Origin: Candidatus Eiseniibacteriota bacterium
GTDB taxonomy: Bacteria > Eisenbacteria > RBG-16-71-46 > CAVPCR01
Length of the DNA stretch: 64,000 nucleotides
NCBI GenBank assembly: GCA_963702435.1
Contig: CAVPCR010000005.1
Coordinates: 1-64,000, forward strand
Direction: 5' to 3'
Shown here: positions 33,273-45,147 of the stretch, in pieces
Layout: each line of letters starts with the position of its first letter
Position numbering within the stretch: the stretch's first letter is position 1
The notes under the pieces: model-generated
Seen by the model: the letters and a program-made list of their open reading frames with translations, nothing else
What the model was told of the DNA's origin: nothing
The model's database searches: none
Program-made: the position numbers and the translations under genes

Positions 33273-34237
33273 CGCCAGGGCTGAAGTACGAGACGTTCTT
33301 TCAACGGCACGAGGGCAATCCGATCCTGACCGCGGCGGACTGGCCCTATCCGGCTCACAGCGTCTTCAACGCGGGCGCCACGCGGCTCCGCGACGGGACG
33401 ACGCTCCTCCTCTGCCGGGTGGAGGACCGCTCGGGCCTCTCGCACCTGTGTGCCGCGCGCTCGGCCAACGGCATCGACGGATGGGTCATGGACGCCGAGC
33501 CGACGCTGCGCCCGGACCCGGAGCACTATCCGGAGGAGCTGTGGGGGATCGAGGACCCCCGGATCACGTTCGTGGACGAGCTCGGCAAGTACGTCGTCGC
33601 CTACACCGCCTTCAGCAGGGGCGGGCCGGGGGTCGCGCTCGCTCTCACCGAGGACTTCCGGCACTTCGAGCGTTACGGCCTGGTCATGCAGCCCGATGAC
33701 AAGGACGCGGCCCTGCTGCCGCGGCGCATCGACGGGAACTTTGCGCTCCTCCACCGCCCGATGACGGACTCCGGGGCGCACGTCTGGATCTCCTTCTCGC
33801 CGGATCTCCGCAACTGGGGCGGACACAAGCTCGTCCTGCAGGCGCGCCGGGGCGGCTGGTGGGATGCGAACAAGGTGGGGCTGTCGCCGCCTCTCATCGA
33901 GACGCCGCGCGGCTGGCTGATGCTCTACCACGGGGTCCGGCAGACGGCGGCCGGGTGCCTCTACCGCCTCGGCGTCGCCCTCTTCGATCTGGAGACACCC
34001 GATCGCTGCATCGCGCGCGGCGATTCGTGGATCTTCGGTCCCGAGGCGCCCTACGAGCGCCACGGTGACGTGAGCAACGTCGCGTTCCCTTGCGGGTACA
34101 CGCTGGGCCCGGACGGCGACACCATCAACCTCTATTACGGCGCCGCGGACACGAGCGTGGCGCTTGCGTTCGGGAGCATCTCCCGTTTGCTGCGCTGGCT
34201 CGATGAGAACGGGAGCGCGGCCGTCGGCCCAGGATAG
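33269..34237 (+). CDS. GH130-family glycoside phosphorylase/hydrolase
   Basis: GNPIL, VFNAGA, GIEDPRIT, DKDAALLP, LHRP, GWLMLYHGV, YERHGDVSNVAFPCG, YYGAADT. ATGA overlap with the upstream gene. Confidence 0.88.
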   Translation: MTPGLKYETFFQRHEGNPILTAADWPYPAHSVFNAGATRLRDGTTLLLCRVEDRSGLSHLCAARSANGIDGWVMDAEPTLRPDPEHYPEELWGIEDPRITFVDELGKYVVAYTAFSRGGPGVALALTEDFRHFERYGLVMQPDDKDAALLPRRIDGNFALLHRPMTDSGAHVWISFSPDLRNWGGHKLVLQARRGGWWDANKVGLSPPLIETPRGWLMLYHGVRQTAAGCLYRLGVALFDLETPDRCIARGDSWIFGPEAPYERHGDVSNVAFPCGYTLGPDGDTINLYYGAADTSVALAFGSISRLLRWLDENGSAAVGPG

Positions 34238-34326
34238 AGCAACCCGTCCACCGGGGCCCAGAACTTAAAGGGAGCGTGGCACGCCAGGCAGATGCAGAAG
34301 GAGTTCTTCGCGGTGGTGCGATCGTG

Positions 34327-35271
34327 ATGCGACGTCTCCGCCTCCCCGCTGTCCTCGGCGTCCTCTTCGCGGGCGGCGCCCTGATCGTCTCGGCCCCGCA
34401 CGCCGGCGCGCAGGAACTCGAGCCGCGGTCCTATTCTCCCGCCCCCGTCGGCACCCACTTCCTCCAGTTCGGCTTCGGTCACTCCAGGGGCGACATCATC
34501 TTCGACCCCAGCCTTCCCATCGAGGACGTGGCCGGCTCGTTCAACACGCCCGTTGCCGGATACGGCACGACGTTCGGCCTGTTCGGCCGGCAGGCCCAAG
34601 CCACGGCCGCGCTGCCCTACGTCTGGGGCAGCGCCGAGGGCCGGGTCGAAGGACAGGAGCGGCGGATCACCCGCTCCGGGCCGGGCGACATCAAGACCCG
34701 CTTCGCCATCAACCTGGTCGGGAGCCCCGCGCTGACGCCGCAGCAGTTCGCCGCGGCGAAGCGGGATGTCGCCGTCGGCGCCAGCGTCGCCGTCAATGTG
34801 CCCGTCGGACAGCACGATCCCGAACGCCTGGTCAACATCGGCACCAATCGCTGGGCCTTCAAGCCGGAGGTCGGCCTGGCCTGGTTCCACGGCGCCTGGG
34901 AGCTCGACGGAGCGATCGGGGCCTGGCTCTTCACCGAGAATCCTGAGTTCTACACCGGAAGCAGCACGTTGCAGCAGGACCCCCTGATCTCGTTCCAGGC
35001 GCACGCCTGCTACTTCCTCCGCCGGGGCTACTGGTTCGCCGCGGATGTCACCTGGTACCAGGGCGGTGCAACCCGGGTGGACGGAGGTCCGCCCGCAGGG
35101 CGGCAGAACAACACCCGAGCGGGTGTCACGGCCTCGATCCCGCTCGCCGCGCACCAGTCGCTCAAGGTGAGCTACAGCCGAGGCGCCGCGGTCCGCGTCG
35201 GCCAGAACTTCAGCACGCTCACGGCGGCCTGGCAGTACGTGTGGTTCAGCGGCCGGGTCAGTGGCTCCTGA
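34327..35271 (+). CDS. Outer-membrane transporter, MetA-pathway-of-phenol-degradation-like family
   Basis: Signal peptide then QELEPRSYSPAPVG, PVGQHDPERLVNIGTNRWAFKPEVG, C-terminal AWQYVW. Confidence 0.75.
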   Translation: MRRLRLPAVLGVLFAGGALIVSAPHAGAQELEPRSYSPAPVGTHFLQFGFGHSRGDIIFDPSLPIEDVAGSFNTPVAGYGTTFGLFGRQAQATAALPYVWGSAEGRVEGQERRITRSGPGDIKTRFAINLVGSPALTPQQFAAAKRDVAVGASVAVNVPVGQHDPERLVNIGTNRWAFKPEVGLAWFHGAWELDGAIGAWLFTENPEFYTGSSTLQQDPLISFQAHACYFLRRGYWFAADVTWYQGGATRVDGGPPAGRQNNTRAGVTASIPLAAHQSLKVSYSRGAAVRVGQNFSTLTAAWQYVWFSGRVSGS

Positions 35272-35421
35272 GCCCGGTGCGCCACGCGGCCCGAACGCCG
35301 CTCGGTCGCGCTGCGGGAACGGGAGCAGGCGTTGCGGGCCGTCCTGTCGTCATCCTGGCTTCCGTGCGGTTGCGTGGAATGCCATGATGCCACGGACCGG
35401 CTCCCGCATGCACCCGGGCGG

Positions 35422-36448
35422 TCAGCGCAATTCGTGGATGTAGACGGCTCCCGTGCCGACCACGAAGATGCCCGGCGTCTCGACCGACCAGATCCCACCG
35501 TCCTGCCGGGCGGGGCTCCACTGCAGGCCCGCGAAGACCAGTTCCCCGCCGACGGCGATGAGCGGATCCCGGTTCTCGAAGTAGTTCTCGAGGCTCCAGT
35601 CGCGGGAGAGAACGAACCCCCGATCCGGGCCGGGCCCCGGCGACCCACCAGTGGTGGCGCGAGAAGGAGAAGTCGTCGGTGGGGTTGAGCGTCCCGGAGG
35701 CGTCAGCGTCCAGCCAGCGACAGCTCATGGCTCCACGCTCGCCGCTTCCGGGATAGGGAGCGCCCTCCACGATCACGCCCGCGGCCCCGGCCTGCACGAG
35801 CCCGGCGTCGAGTTCCACTGCGGCCGCCAGGTCGCGGAGGGCGAGGCCGTGATGCTGGACCACGATCTCGAGCGTCATGGCGCCGAACGAGGCGAACTCG
35901 ATCCAGTCGGGCGCTCCGGCCCCGGGATCGATGAAGTCGCTCCAGACGAGGGTCGAGTCCCCGCTCGGAAACCCGTTGTCGATGTAGCTGAGGGCTACGC
36001 CCGGGGTCCCGCTGCCGCCGGCGTCCGGAGTCACATCGATCGTGACCCGCCGCGGCCCGGCGTTCACGAACCAGGCGCCGGCCAGGAAGTGGGATCCGGC
36101 GATCCGCACGAGCGGGGTCGTGATCGCCATCTGGAAATCCCCGAAGCGCACCGCCCCCGATGCGACGTAGATGCCGCCCTGCACGACGGCAAGGCTGTCG
36201 TCGGGGATGGCCCAGTGACCCATCACGCTGTAGTCGATGGACATGCTGTCGCCCGGCGCGAACGCGACCCGGAGATCGCCCTCCGAACCGACCTGGACGC
36301 GGTCCGGAAGATCGGGGCTCGGTTCGTCCTCGTCCCCGTCGTCGTCCACATCCGTTCCCTTGTCGCACCCGGAGACGGCGATGGCCACCCCGAGCAGCAA
36401 GGCGGAGAAGAGCAAGATCTTCCGGCAGCCGGCCCGGTTCGACTCCAT
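35422..36448 (-). CDS. Hypothetical lipoprotein, one frameshift near 35650
   Basis: GGAGGAG RBS, lipobox VSGC. After DADASGTLNPTDDF the protein-like frame continues as GFVLSRDWSLENYFENRDP..YIHELR*. Confidence 0.65.
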
Positions 36449-36485
36449 CTGCGGCAACTCCTCCGGGACCTGGGGAATACTGCCG

Positions 36486-36700
36486 TCATCGTAGCACAGG
36501 CGAGAACCCAGCACCCCAGGTGGTCGACTCGACGGCCGTCGCCTGGTCGCAGCGGCTCGCTCGCACCACGGAGTTGCGAAGAATGGCCGCGCCGTCCGTC
36601 GTCACGATCCAGCTCCCAGAGGACGCGAGCTGGGACACGGCAAAGAACCCGAGGTCCACGCGCCCTCCGCTCAGGTCGTTCCGCTCGGCGATCAGGACCT
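36486..36700 (-). pseudogene. 3' remnant of a secreted protein with a damaged (S/T)WG-type tail
   Basis: ..CDQATAVESTTWGAGFSPVLR* resembles PVSVESSSWGQIKNLFQ of 50998-51654 as far as WG. Confidence 0.4.
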
Positions 36701-36773
36701 GTCGACGAGGACCGCGTCGAAGGCCAGGGACTCGGGCACGGTCGGCGTCACCGTCGTCCCCGTCGTCCCCCCC

Positions 36774-36823
36774 TTGACAGTCCCGGCCTCCCGCCGCATA
36801 CTTTGCTCGCATGGCGAACAAAG
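36774..36823 (+). promoter_or_regulatory. Sigma70 promoter overlapped by a ROK-type operator
   Basis: TTGACA (36774-79), 17 bp, CATACT (36797-802). Palindrome CTTTGCTCG-CATGG-CGAACAAAG at 36801-36823. Confidence 0.75.
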
Positions 36824-36938
36824 GGAGCAAGGCTCCGACCGCTGCCCGCGCCGGGGCGACGTAGCGGCTTTCCCCGGCGATCCGCCCGGCCGCTAGAGCG
36901 GGGCAGCCTCCGAGCCAGCCTCCATCCGAGGAGCGATC

Positions 36939-38311
36939 ATGAGAAACGCGCGTCAGGTGGCCGCGACCGCGACGGCGGTGGCCCTCGTCACCCTCGCCGC
37001 CGCGGGCTGCGAACGGGACACCTCGGGCCTCAGACCAGCTCCGCTCAGCACCGACCCCATCGTCTTCCTCGACAACTTCCCGGCGGGCGTCGATTACCAG
37101 GCCTTCCTCGGCTCGAACTTGGGTGTCATCTCGATCGACGCGAACGAGAAGTACGCAGGCACCGGCGCGCTCCGGATCCAGATCCCCTCCCCCGGCGATC
37201 CCGATGGCGGCTGGGCCGGTGGGGCGTTCGTGGCCAACGAGGTGCGCGACTTCTCGGGCTACGACGCCTTGACGTTCTGGGCGAAGTCGAGCAAGGAATC
37301 GACGCTCGATGTGGCGGGGCTCGGGAACGACAACACGGGCACCTCGCAGTACGAGGCGAAGTGGAGCCGCATCGCGCTGACCACGACATGGACCAGGTAC
37401 GCGATCCCGATCCCGCTTCCGGCGCGGCTCGACTCCGATCGCGGGCTCTTCTTCTTCGCCGAGGGGCCCGAGGGCGGCGAGGGCCACGTCGTGTGGTTCG
37501 ACGAGATCCAGTTCGAGAAGACCGGCGCGATCGCGAACCCGCGGCCGGCCATGGCCACGCAGACCGTGAACGCGTTCGTCGGCGCCACCGTGAGCGCCAC
37601 CGGCACCACGACCACCTTCGACGTCGGCGGGACCGACCAGGTGGTCGAGCACATGCCCGGCTACTTCACGTTCACGTCCTCCGACTGATTCGGTGGTCAC
37701 CTGCACGGACGGGACCATCCGGGTGGTCGGCCCCGGCAGCGCCATCATCACGGCCAGGCTCGGCGACGTGGACGCGACCGGCACGCTGACGCTCAACGCC
37801 ACGGCCTCCCCCACCGTTCCGGCGCCGGCGCCGACGCTGCCCGCGGCGGACGTCATCTCGCTCTTCAGCAACAGCGTACGCGAACGTCACGGTCGACACC
37901 TGGTCGGCCGGCTGGGACCTGGCGGACGTGACCGATCTCGCGATCTCCGGCGACGACGTGAAGGCCTACACGAACCTCGTCTACGCGGGGATCGAGTTCA
38001 CGAGCGCGCTCATCGATGCGACGGCGATGACGCACTTCCACGTTCACGTCTGGGTGCCCGCCGGCACCGTGTTCCGGGTGAAGCTCGTCGACTTCGGCGC
38101 CGACGGCACGTTCGGCGGCGGGAACGACAGCGAGTGCGAGCTCTCCTTCACTGCGAGCTCCACGCCGCCGCTCGCCGTCGGCAGCTGGGTGAGTCTGGAC
38201 ATCCCGCTGGCCAGCTTCACCACGCTGGCCAGCACGGCCCACCTCGCCCAGCTCATCATCTCGGGCGACATGGGCACCGCCTACGTGGACAACATCTACT
38301 TCCACAGGTAG
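36939..38311 (+). CDS. Glycan-binding surface lipoprotein (CBM-like + Ig-like + CBM-like), frameshifts near 37685 and 37875
   Basis: Lipobox AAGC. RDFSGYDALTFWAK..WFDEIQFE; SSDxxVVT..GSAIITARLG; APAPTLPAADVISLFSN..DATAMTHFHVHVW..YVDNIYFHR. Confidence 0.7.
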
Positions 38312-38372
38312 ATTGCGGCCGGGAGCGAGCACAGTGCCGAAGCGCCAGCCGACAGGAGCAAGAGGCCCGACC

Positions 38373-39643
38373 GTGGGAGCGGCGAGCGAGATCGCCGCGC
38401 AGAAGGGCGCCCGGAGCGGCGACCCGTCCCGCGCGCGGCCCCTCGCCGACTCGGTCCTCCGGCTGATCTGGCAGGAGCGCCGCATCTCGCGCGCCGAGAT
38501 CGCGCGGCGCGCCGATCTCTCCCGCTCGACCGTCTCCGAGATCGTCGGGTCGCTCCTCCCGACCGGGCTCGTCGGCGAGGTCGGCCCCGGGCCGTCGAAC
38601 GGCGGGCGCCGGCCGATCGTGCTCGAGTTCCAGGACGACGCGGCGCTCCATCCTCGGCGTCGACATCGGCGCGGCCCACGTCGCGGTCGCTCTCACCGAT
38701 CTGCGCGGCCGCGTGCTCGCCTGGCCGGCATCGGGACCACCCGGTCCGCGACGATCCCGAGGGGACGCGCGCGCTCGTCGCCGAGCTCTGCGCCGACGTG
38801 CCTGTCGCGACGCAGAAGCGGGGCGCGAAGCGCCTGGTCGGGATCGGCGTCGCCGTTCCGAGCCCGGTCGATCCGTCGCACCCGGACCGGCTGTCGGAGC
38901 TCGTGCTTCCCGAATGGGAGGGGCATGGCGGACTCGAGATGCTCAGCGCGCGCTTCCGCGTTCCGCTGCTCATCGACAACGACGCCAATCTGGGCGCGCT
39001 CGCCGAGCACTGGTGGGGCGGCGGCCGCGGCATCAACGACTTCGCCTACGTGAAGCTGGCGACCGGGGTCGGCTCGGGCTACGTCATCGGCGGCGAGATC
39101 TACCGCGGCGCGACCGGTGTCGCCGGCGAGATCGGGCACCTCGCCATCGATCCGCACGGCGTCCCCTGCATCTGCGGTCTCCGCGGCTGCCTCGCCACCC
39201 TGGTCGGCGCCCCGGCCCTGGTCGAGGCGCGCGCCCGGGTGCTCCGCGCCGAGTTCCCCGGGAGCGCAGCTCGCCGCGAACGGGCTCACCATCGCCTCGA
39301 TCGAGGACGCGGCGCTCGCCGGTGATCCGCTCGCCCTGCAACTCGTGCGGGAAGCCGCCGGGCACCTGGGCATCGCGCTCGCCGGTCTGCTGAATCTCAT
39401 GAATCCGTCGATGGTGATCCTCGGCGGCGGGCTCGTCGCGTCTCGGCGAGCTGCTCCTCGCGCCGCTCCGCGAGACGGTGCGCCGGCGGACGCTGGTGAG
39501 CTCGGTCGCCGCGGCCGAGATCCGGGTGAGCGAGCTCGGCACGCAGGCGGTCGCCATCGGCGCCGCCACCATGGTCCTCAAGGCCGCGCTCGCGGACTCG
39601 CGGCTCTTCTCCGGCCGCGGCCCGGCGCGCGGAGGTGGCATGA
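38373..39643 (+). CDS. ROK-family transcriptional repressor (NagC/XylR-like), several frameshifts
   Basis: ISRAEIARRADLSRSTVSEIV HTH, GGRRP, LGVDIG, IDNDANLGALAE, AGEIGH..CICGLRGCL, LNLMNPSMVILGG, AIGAA. Confidence 0.85.
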
Positions 39644-40473
39644 ATAGACATGTTCGGTTCCAGCGGTCGCCTGGTCCTCCTGCTCGTGATGGCGTTCGGG
39701 CTCGCCGGCGTCGGACGCTGCGATGAGGACCCGACCGAGTGGCAACTGGTCTGGGAGGACGACTTCGAGGGACCGGCCGGCCAGCTGCCGGACTCGACCC
39801 GCTGGCGCTTCGATATCGGCACCGACTGGGGCAACGCCCAGCTCGAGTACGACACCGAACCGTCCCGAGAACGTCTCCCTCGACGGCGCCGGCACACCTC
39901 GCCATCACCGCCCGCCGCGAGGACTACCAGGGGCGGCACTACACCTCGGGGCGCATCAACACGAGCGGCAAGTTCGAGCATGCCTACGGGCGCTTCGAGG
40001 CGCGGATCCGCCTGCCGATCGGACAGGGCATCTGGCCCGCCTTCTGGCTGCTCGGCGCCGACTTCGCAGAGGTCGGCTGGCCCGCATGCGGCGAGATCGA
40101 CATCATGGAGTACCGCGGCCAGGAGCCGAAGCATCGTGCTCGGCAGCCTGCACGGCCCGGGCTACTCGGGCGGCCAGCGCCATCACCGGCCCGCTTCCAG
40201 CTCCCCGGCGCGGACGGTTTCAACGAGGACTTCCACATCTTCGCGGTCGAATGGGAACCGGAACGCATCACCTGGATCGTGGACGAGGAGCGCTTCCTGA
40301 CCGTGACCCCCCGCGACCTGCCGAGCAGCGGGCGCTGGGTCTTCGACCATCCGTTCTTCATCATCTTGAACGTCGCGGTCGGCGGCAACTTCGTCGGCCC
40401 GCCGGACGCGAGCACGACCTTCCCGCAGACCATGCTCGTCGATTGCGTGCGGGTCTACCGCGTCGGATCATGA
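39640..40473 (+). CDS. GH16 endo-1,3-beta-glucanase (laminarinase), about 4 frameshifts
   Basis: WQLVWEDDF, WGNAQLEY, YTSGRI, YGRFEARI, GIWPAFWLLG, WPACGEIDIME, FHIFAVEW, PFFIILNVAVGG. Confidence 0.88.
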
Positions 40474-42151
40474 GCATCCGCACGGCGGCGGACGCGTCGC
40501 CACGGATGCTGGCGCTCGTTCTCCTGGGCGCATGCCTGCGTGCGCGAGCATGCGCGAGGCCGCCCGGCCGGCGTCCTGGTCGTGTCGCAGGAGCAGCAGG
40601 CCTCCTGGGTCCGGAACTTCAATCCGCTCACCACCGCCGCAGCTGCCCGCGGTGGCCCACGCTCGCCGGGATCTACGAGCCGCTCTTCGTCTTCAACAGC
40701 GTGAAGGCGGAGTATCGTGCCCTGGCTCGCGGTCGCCCATGAGTGGAGCGAAGACAACGTGGTGCTGCGGCTGACGACGCGCGACGGGGTCCTGTGGTCG
40801 GACGGCGCGCCGTTCTCGGCGCGCGACGTCGCCTTCACCTTCAATCTCCTCGACGCAGTACCCGGCGCTCGATCGGCGCGGCGTCTGGGGCTTTCTCGAG
40901 AGCGTCGCCGCGCCGGACGACCGCACGGTCGAGTTCCGCTTCCAGCGGGTCTTCATCCCGGGCTTCGAGGAGGTCGCGGCGCAGCCGATCGTGCCCGAGC
41001 ACATCTGGCGCGCGGTGGCCGGATCCGATCACCTTCCCCAACGAGAACCCGGTCGCGACCGGTCCCTTCACCGAGGTGCGCGCTCTTCCGCAACCAGGTC
41101 TTCGAGCTGGGGCGGAACCCGCACTACTGGCAGCCGGGCCGGCCGCGCATCGAGGCGCTCCGCTTCCCCGCCTACCCGGCGAACGACCGCGCCAACCTGG
41201 CGCTCGTCTTCGTCGAGGTGGACTGGGCCGGGAACTTCGTGCCCGCGATCGACCGCGTCTTCGTCCGAGCGCGACCCCGCAGCACCACCGCTACTGGTTC
41301 CCGCTCACCGGCAGCACCATCTTCCTCTACGCCAACACCACGCGCCCGCCGTTCGACGACGTGCGCGTGCGCAAGGCGCTCAGCATGGCCATCGACCGCG
41401 ACCTGCTGGTCGATATCGCGCTCTTACCGCTACTCGCGCCCGGCCGACGCCACCGCCCTGAGCGACGCCTACGCCGCCTGGCGGAATCCGGAGATCGCAG
41501 CGAGCGGCGACTGGGTGCGCCACGACCTCGCCCGCGCCAGCGCGCTCCTCGACGAGGCCGGCTACCGGCGCGGCGCCGACGGCGTGCGCCTGCTGCCGGA
41601 CGGGAGCCCGTGGCGCTACGAGATCCTCACCGTCGCCGGCTGGTCGGACTGGGTGCGCGCGTCCCAGGTGATCGCGCGCGGGCTCCGCCCCTCGGCATCG
41701 AGGTCTCCGTGCGCACCTACGATTTCAGCGCCTGGTTCCAGCGCGTGTCAGGAGGGGGACTTCGATCTGAGCCTCGGCTGGTCGTTCGAGGGCCCGACCC
41801 CGTACTCGTTCTACCGCTGGCTCATGGCATCGGCGACCGTGAAGCCGGTCGGCGAGAGCGCGATGGGCAACTGGCACCGCTACGCGAGCCCGGCCGCCGA
41901 CAGCGCCCTGGCCGCGTTCGAGCAGGAATCCGCCCTCGCGAATCAGCGGCGGATCGCCGACGAGCTCCAGCGGATCTTCGTCGCCGAGGCACCCGGCGAT
42001 CCCGCTCTACCCGAACCCGTCCTGGGCCGAGTACAACACGAGCCGCTTCGACGGGTTCCCATCGCGCGAGCAACCCTACGCGGACCCGTCGCCGAACAAG
42101 TTCGACCGCGGCGAGTGTCTGCTCGTGCTGACGTCGGTCAGCCCACGCTAG
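40470..42151 (+). CDS. ABC transporter substrate-binding protein, family 5 (oligosaccharide-binding OppA-like), many frameshifts
   Basis: WVRNFNP, IYEPLF, PWLA..W, WSDGAPFSARDVAFTF, PVATGPF, RNPHYW, PFDDVRVRKALSMAIDR, GWSDW spread over three frames. Confidence 0.82.
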
Positions 42152-42160
42152 GAGGCGAGT

Positions 42161-43146
42161 GTGCGCTACTCGCGCAACGGCTCGGCTTCTACCTCCTCGC
42201 GGCCTGGGTGGCGCTGACGCTCAACTTCTTCCTCCCGCGCCTCATGCCCGGCGATCCCGCCACCGCGCTCTTCGCGCGCTTCCGCGGCCGGCTCAGCCCG
42301 GAAGCCATGCGAGGCCCTCCGCGAGACCTTCGGCCTGACCGACGCACCGCTCCTCGGCCAGTACTGGACCTACCTGCGGCACGCCGTGCGCGGTGACTTC
42401 GGCCTCTCGATCGCCTACTTCCCGTCGCCGGTCGCCGACGTGATCGGCACGGCGCTCCTGTGGACGATCTTCCTGGCGGGGACCGCGGTGGTCTTGAGCT
42501 TTGTGATCGGCACGCTCCTCGGAGTGGCCGACCGCCTGGTGGCGCCGCGGCTGGATGGACACCTGGCTGCCTTCGATCCTGGTCTTCATCGGCGCGTTCC
42601 CCTACTTCTGGCTCGCCATGCTGCGCCTCTACGTGCTCGGGTACTCGCTCGGCTGGTTCCCCCTCGGGCACGCCTACGGGGACGACCTCGTGCCGAGCCT
42701 CTCCGCGACCTTCCTCGCCGACATCGTCCGCCACGCGGCGCTCCCGATCGGCACGGTGGTGCTCGTGACCCTCGGCGGATGGATGCTCTCCATGCGCAAC
42801 ACCATGATCGCGGTGCTCGGCTCGGACTACGTGAATCTCGCCCGCGCGAAGGGCCTCTCCCCGTCCCGCGTGGCGCTCCGCTATGCCGCGCGGAACGCGC
42901 TTCTCCCGAGCGTCACCGGCTTCGGCATGGCCCTCGGCTACGTCCTGGGCGGCTCGCTCCTGACCGAGATCGTGTTCTCCTACCCGGGGCAGGGGTACCT
43001 CCTCGTGCAGGCGGTCAGAAACCAGGACTACCCGCTCATGCAGGGGATCTTCCTCGTCATCACGCTCGCGGTGCTCGGGCGCCAACTTGCTGGTGGACAT
43101 CCTCTACCTGTGGCTCGATCCGCGCACGCGGGAGTCGGCGTCGTGA
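42161..43146 (+). CDS. ABC permease (OppB/DppB-like), frameshifted
   Basis: FFLPRLMPGDP, GDFGLS, PYFWLAM, DYVNLARAKGL, RNALLP, EIVFSYPGQG, DYPLMQG, WLDPR. GGAGG RBS. Confidence 0.85.
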
Positions 43147-44084
43147 GCGGGCAGGCGACCACAGGCGCCACCGGCATCGCGGCCTGGTGGGACACGATCC
43201 GGAGGGATCGCAAGGCGGCGATCGGCGCTCTCCTCGTCGCGGTCTTCATCGCGATCGGGCTCGTCGGCCCGTGGCTCGTCGCCGATCCGACCGATCTCGT
43301 CGGGATGCCGCTCCAGCCGCCGTCCTGGGAGCACTGGCTCGGGACGACCGGGCAGGGCCAGGACGTCCTCGCCCAGCTGGTCGCCGGCACCCGCCCGACG
43401 CTCGCGATCGGGTTCGGCGTCGGCATCGCGGTCGTCCTGATCGGAGCGCTGGTCGGGGTCGCGGCCGGCTACTTCGGGGGCCGCGTGGACGCGCTCCTCT
43501 CGCTCCTCATCAACGTGTTCCTGGTCATTCCCGGCCTGCCGCTCGCGATCGTGATCGCCGCCTACCTGCCGAGCGGACCGCTCACGCTCGGGCTCGTCCT
43601 GACCGTCACCGGCTGGGCGTGGAACGCGCGCGTCCTGCGCGCCCAGACGCTCGCGCAGCGGCGGCGCGACTTCGTCGCGGCGGCCGTCGTGGCCGGTGAA
43701 TCGGAGTGGCGGATCATCACGCGCGAGATCCTGCCCACCATGACCTCGCTCCTCGTCGCGCAGGTGATCGGCAGCACGGTCTACGCCATCGGGGCGCAGG
43801 TCGGGCTCGAGTTCCTCGGGCTCGGCAACGTCTCGGCCGTGACCTGGGGCACGAACCTCTACTGGGCGCAGAACGACTCGGCGCTCCTCACCGGGGCGTG
43901 GTGGACCTTCGCGCCCACCGGCCTCTGCGTCGCGCTCGTCGGCTTCGGCCTCACCATGCTCAACTCGGGCTTCGACGAGATCACCAATCCGCGGCTCTCG
44001 CTCGAGCGCGCCTGGCGGGCCTTCCTCGCCGCGCGCGGCCGGGAGCCGACGCGGTCGACCCCGGTGGTGGCCGGCGATGCCTGA
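43143..44084 (+). CDS. ABC permease (OppC/DppC-like)
   Basis: PPSWEHWLGTTGQGQDV, AGYFGGRVD, ARVLRAQ, LEFLGLG, WG..L, NPRL. GTGA overlap. Confidence 0.88.
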   Translation: MSGQATTGATGIAAWWDTIRRDRKAAIGALLVAVFIAIGLVGPWLVADPTDLVGMPLQPPSWEHWLGTTGQGQDVLAQLVAGTRPTLAIGFGVGIAVVLIGALVGVAAGYFGGRVDALLSLLINVFLVIPGLPLAIVIAAYLPSGPLTLGLVLTVTGWAWNARVLRAQTLAQRRRDFVAAAVVAGESEWRIITREILPTMTSLLVAQVIGSTVYAIGAQVGLEFLGLGNVSAVTWGTNLYWAQNDSALLTGAWWTFAPTGLCVALVGFGLTMLNSGFDEITNPRLSLERAWRAFLAARGREPTRSTPVVAGDA

Positions 44085-45141
44085 GCCGAGAGCCGAGAAA
44101 GCCGAGAGATCCGAGATGTCCGAGATGTCGAGCCCAAGGTCCGAGCCGCTCCTCTCGATCCGCGACCTGTCGGTCGATTACGTGACCGACACCGGCCCCG
44201 TGCGCGCCGTCGACCGCGTGTCGCTCGCGGTCGCGCGCGGCGAGATCGTCGGCCTCGCTGGGGAGTCGGGCAGCGGCAAGACGACCCTGGCCCAGGTGCT
44301 CCTCCGTATCCTGCCGCCTCCCGCGGTCGTGACCGGCGGCGAGATCCGCTTCGAGGGTCGCGACATCCTCGCGCTCACCGAGCCCGAGCTCCGCGAGATC
44401 CGCTGGCAGCGGATCTCGATGGTCTTCCAGAGCGCGATGGACGCGCTCAACCCGGTGATCACGGTCGGCGAGCAGATCACGGACACCTTGCTGGCCCACG
44501 GCGCGGTGGCTCCGGAGAAGGCGCGCGCCCGCGCCGGCGAGCTGCTCGCGATGGTCGGCATCGCGCCCGATCGCGTCGACAGCTACGCGCACCAGCTCTC
44601 GGGCGGCATGCGGCAGCGGGTGGGGATCGCGCTCGCGCTCGCGCTCAAGCCGTCGCTCGTCATCCTCGACGAGCCGACGACGGCTCTCGACGTCATCGTG
44701 GAGCGGGAGATCCTCGATCAGATCCGGGCGCTCCGCACGCGGCTCGGCGTCGCGGTCCTCTTCATCACGCACGACCTCGCGCGCATGCTCCAGTTCTCGG
44801 ACCGGGTCGCGGTGTTCTACGCCGGGCGACTGGTCGAGGTGGGGCCGTCGACCGAGCTTAGCCGAGCTCCGCGGCATCCCTACACGCTCGGCCTCCTCAG
44901 GTCCTTCCCTACCGTGTACGGCGACATGACCGTGCTCGCGAGCATCCCGGGCGCGCCGCCGAGTCTCCGCCATCCCCCTCCCGGCTGTCGCTTCCATCCG
45001 CGCTGCGACCGCGCCGTGGATCGCTGCCGCGTGGAGTCGCCCGCGCTCGTCGAGCTGGCGCCGGGACATGCCGCCGCGTGTCATCTCGCCGAGCCGGACG
45101 CGCCGGCGCCGGGGCAAGCGCCGGCGGCGAAGCGCGCGTGA
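44077..45141 (+). CDS. ABC ATP-binding protein (OppD/DppD-like)
   Basis: [44 protein letters not shown]. Confidence 0.93.
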   Translation: MPEPRAEKAERSEMSEMSSPRSEPLLSIRDLSVDYVTDTGPVRAVDRVSLAVARGEIVGLAGESGSGKTTLAQVLLRILPPPAVVTGGEIRFEGRDILALTEPELREIRWQRISMVFQSAMDALNPVITVGEQITDTLLAHGAVAPEKARARAGELLAMVGIAPDRVDSYAHQLSGGMRQRVGIALALALKPSLVILDEPTTALDVIVEREILDQIRALRTRLGVAVLFITHDLARMLQFSDRVAVFYAGRLVEVGPSTELSRAPRHPYTLGLLRSFPTVYGDMTVLASIPGAPPSLRHPPPGCRFHPRCDRAVDRCRVESPALVELAPGHAAACHLAEPDAPAPGQAPAAKRA

Positions 45142-45147
45142 CGCCGG

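Noticed and set aside
34276..34296. Sigma54 promoter at TGGCACG (also TGGTACG near 2736)
   Set aside because: No GC at the required 10-bp spacing from GG.
37686..37688. TGA as a second selenocysteine or read-through site
   Set aside because: The downstream homology continues in a different frame, so this is an indel; no Cys-type motif.
42555..44084. Fused double permease (509-aa ORF)
   Set aside because: Artefact of a frameshift near 43080; the first permease ends WLDPRTRESAS* at 43146, overlapping the GTG of the second.
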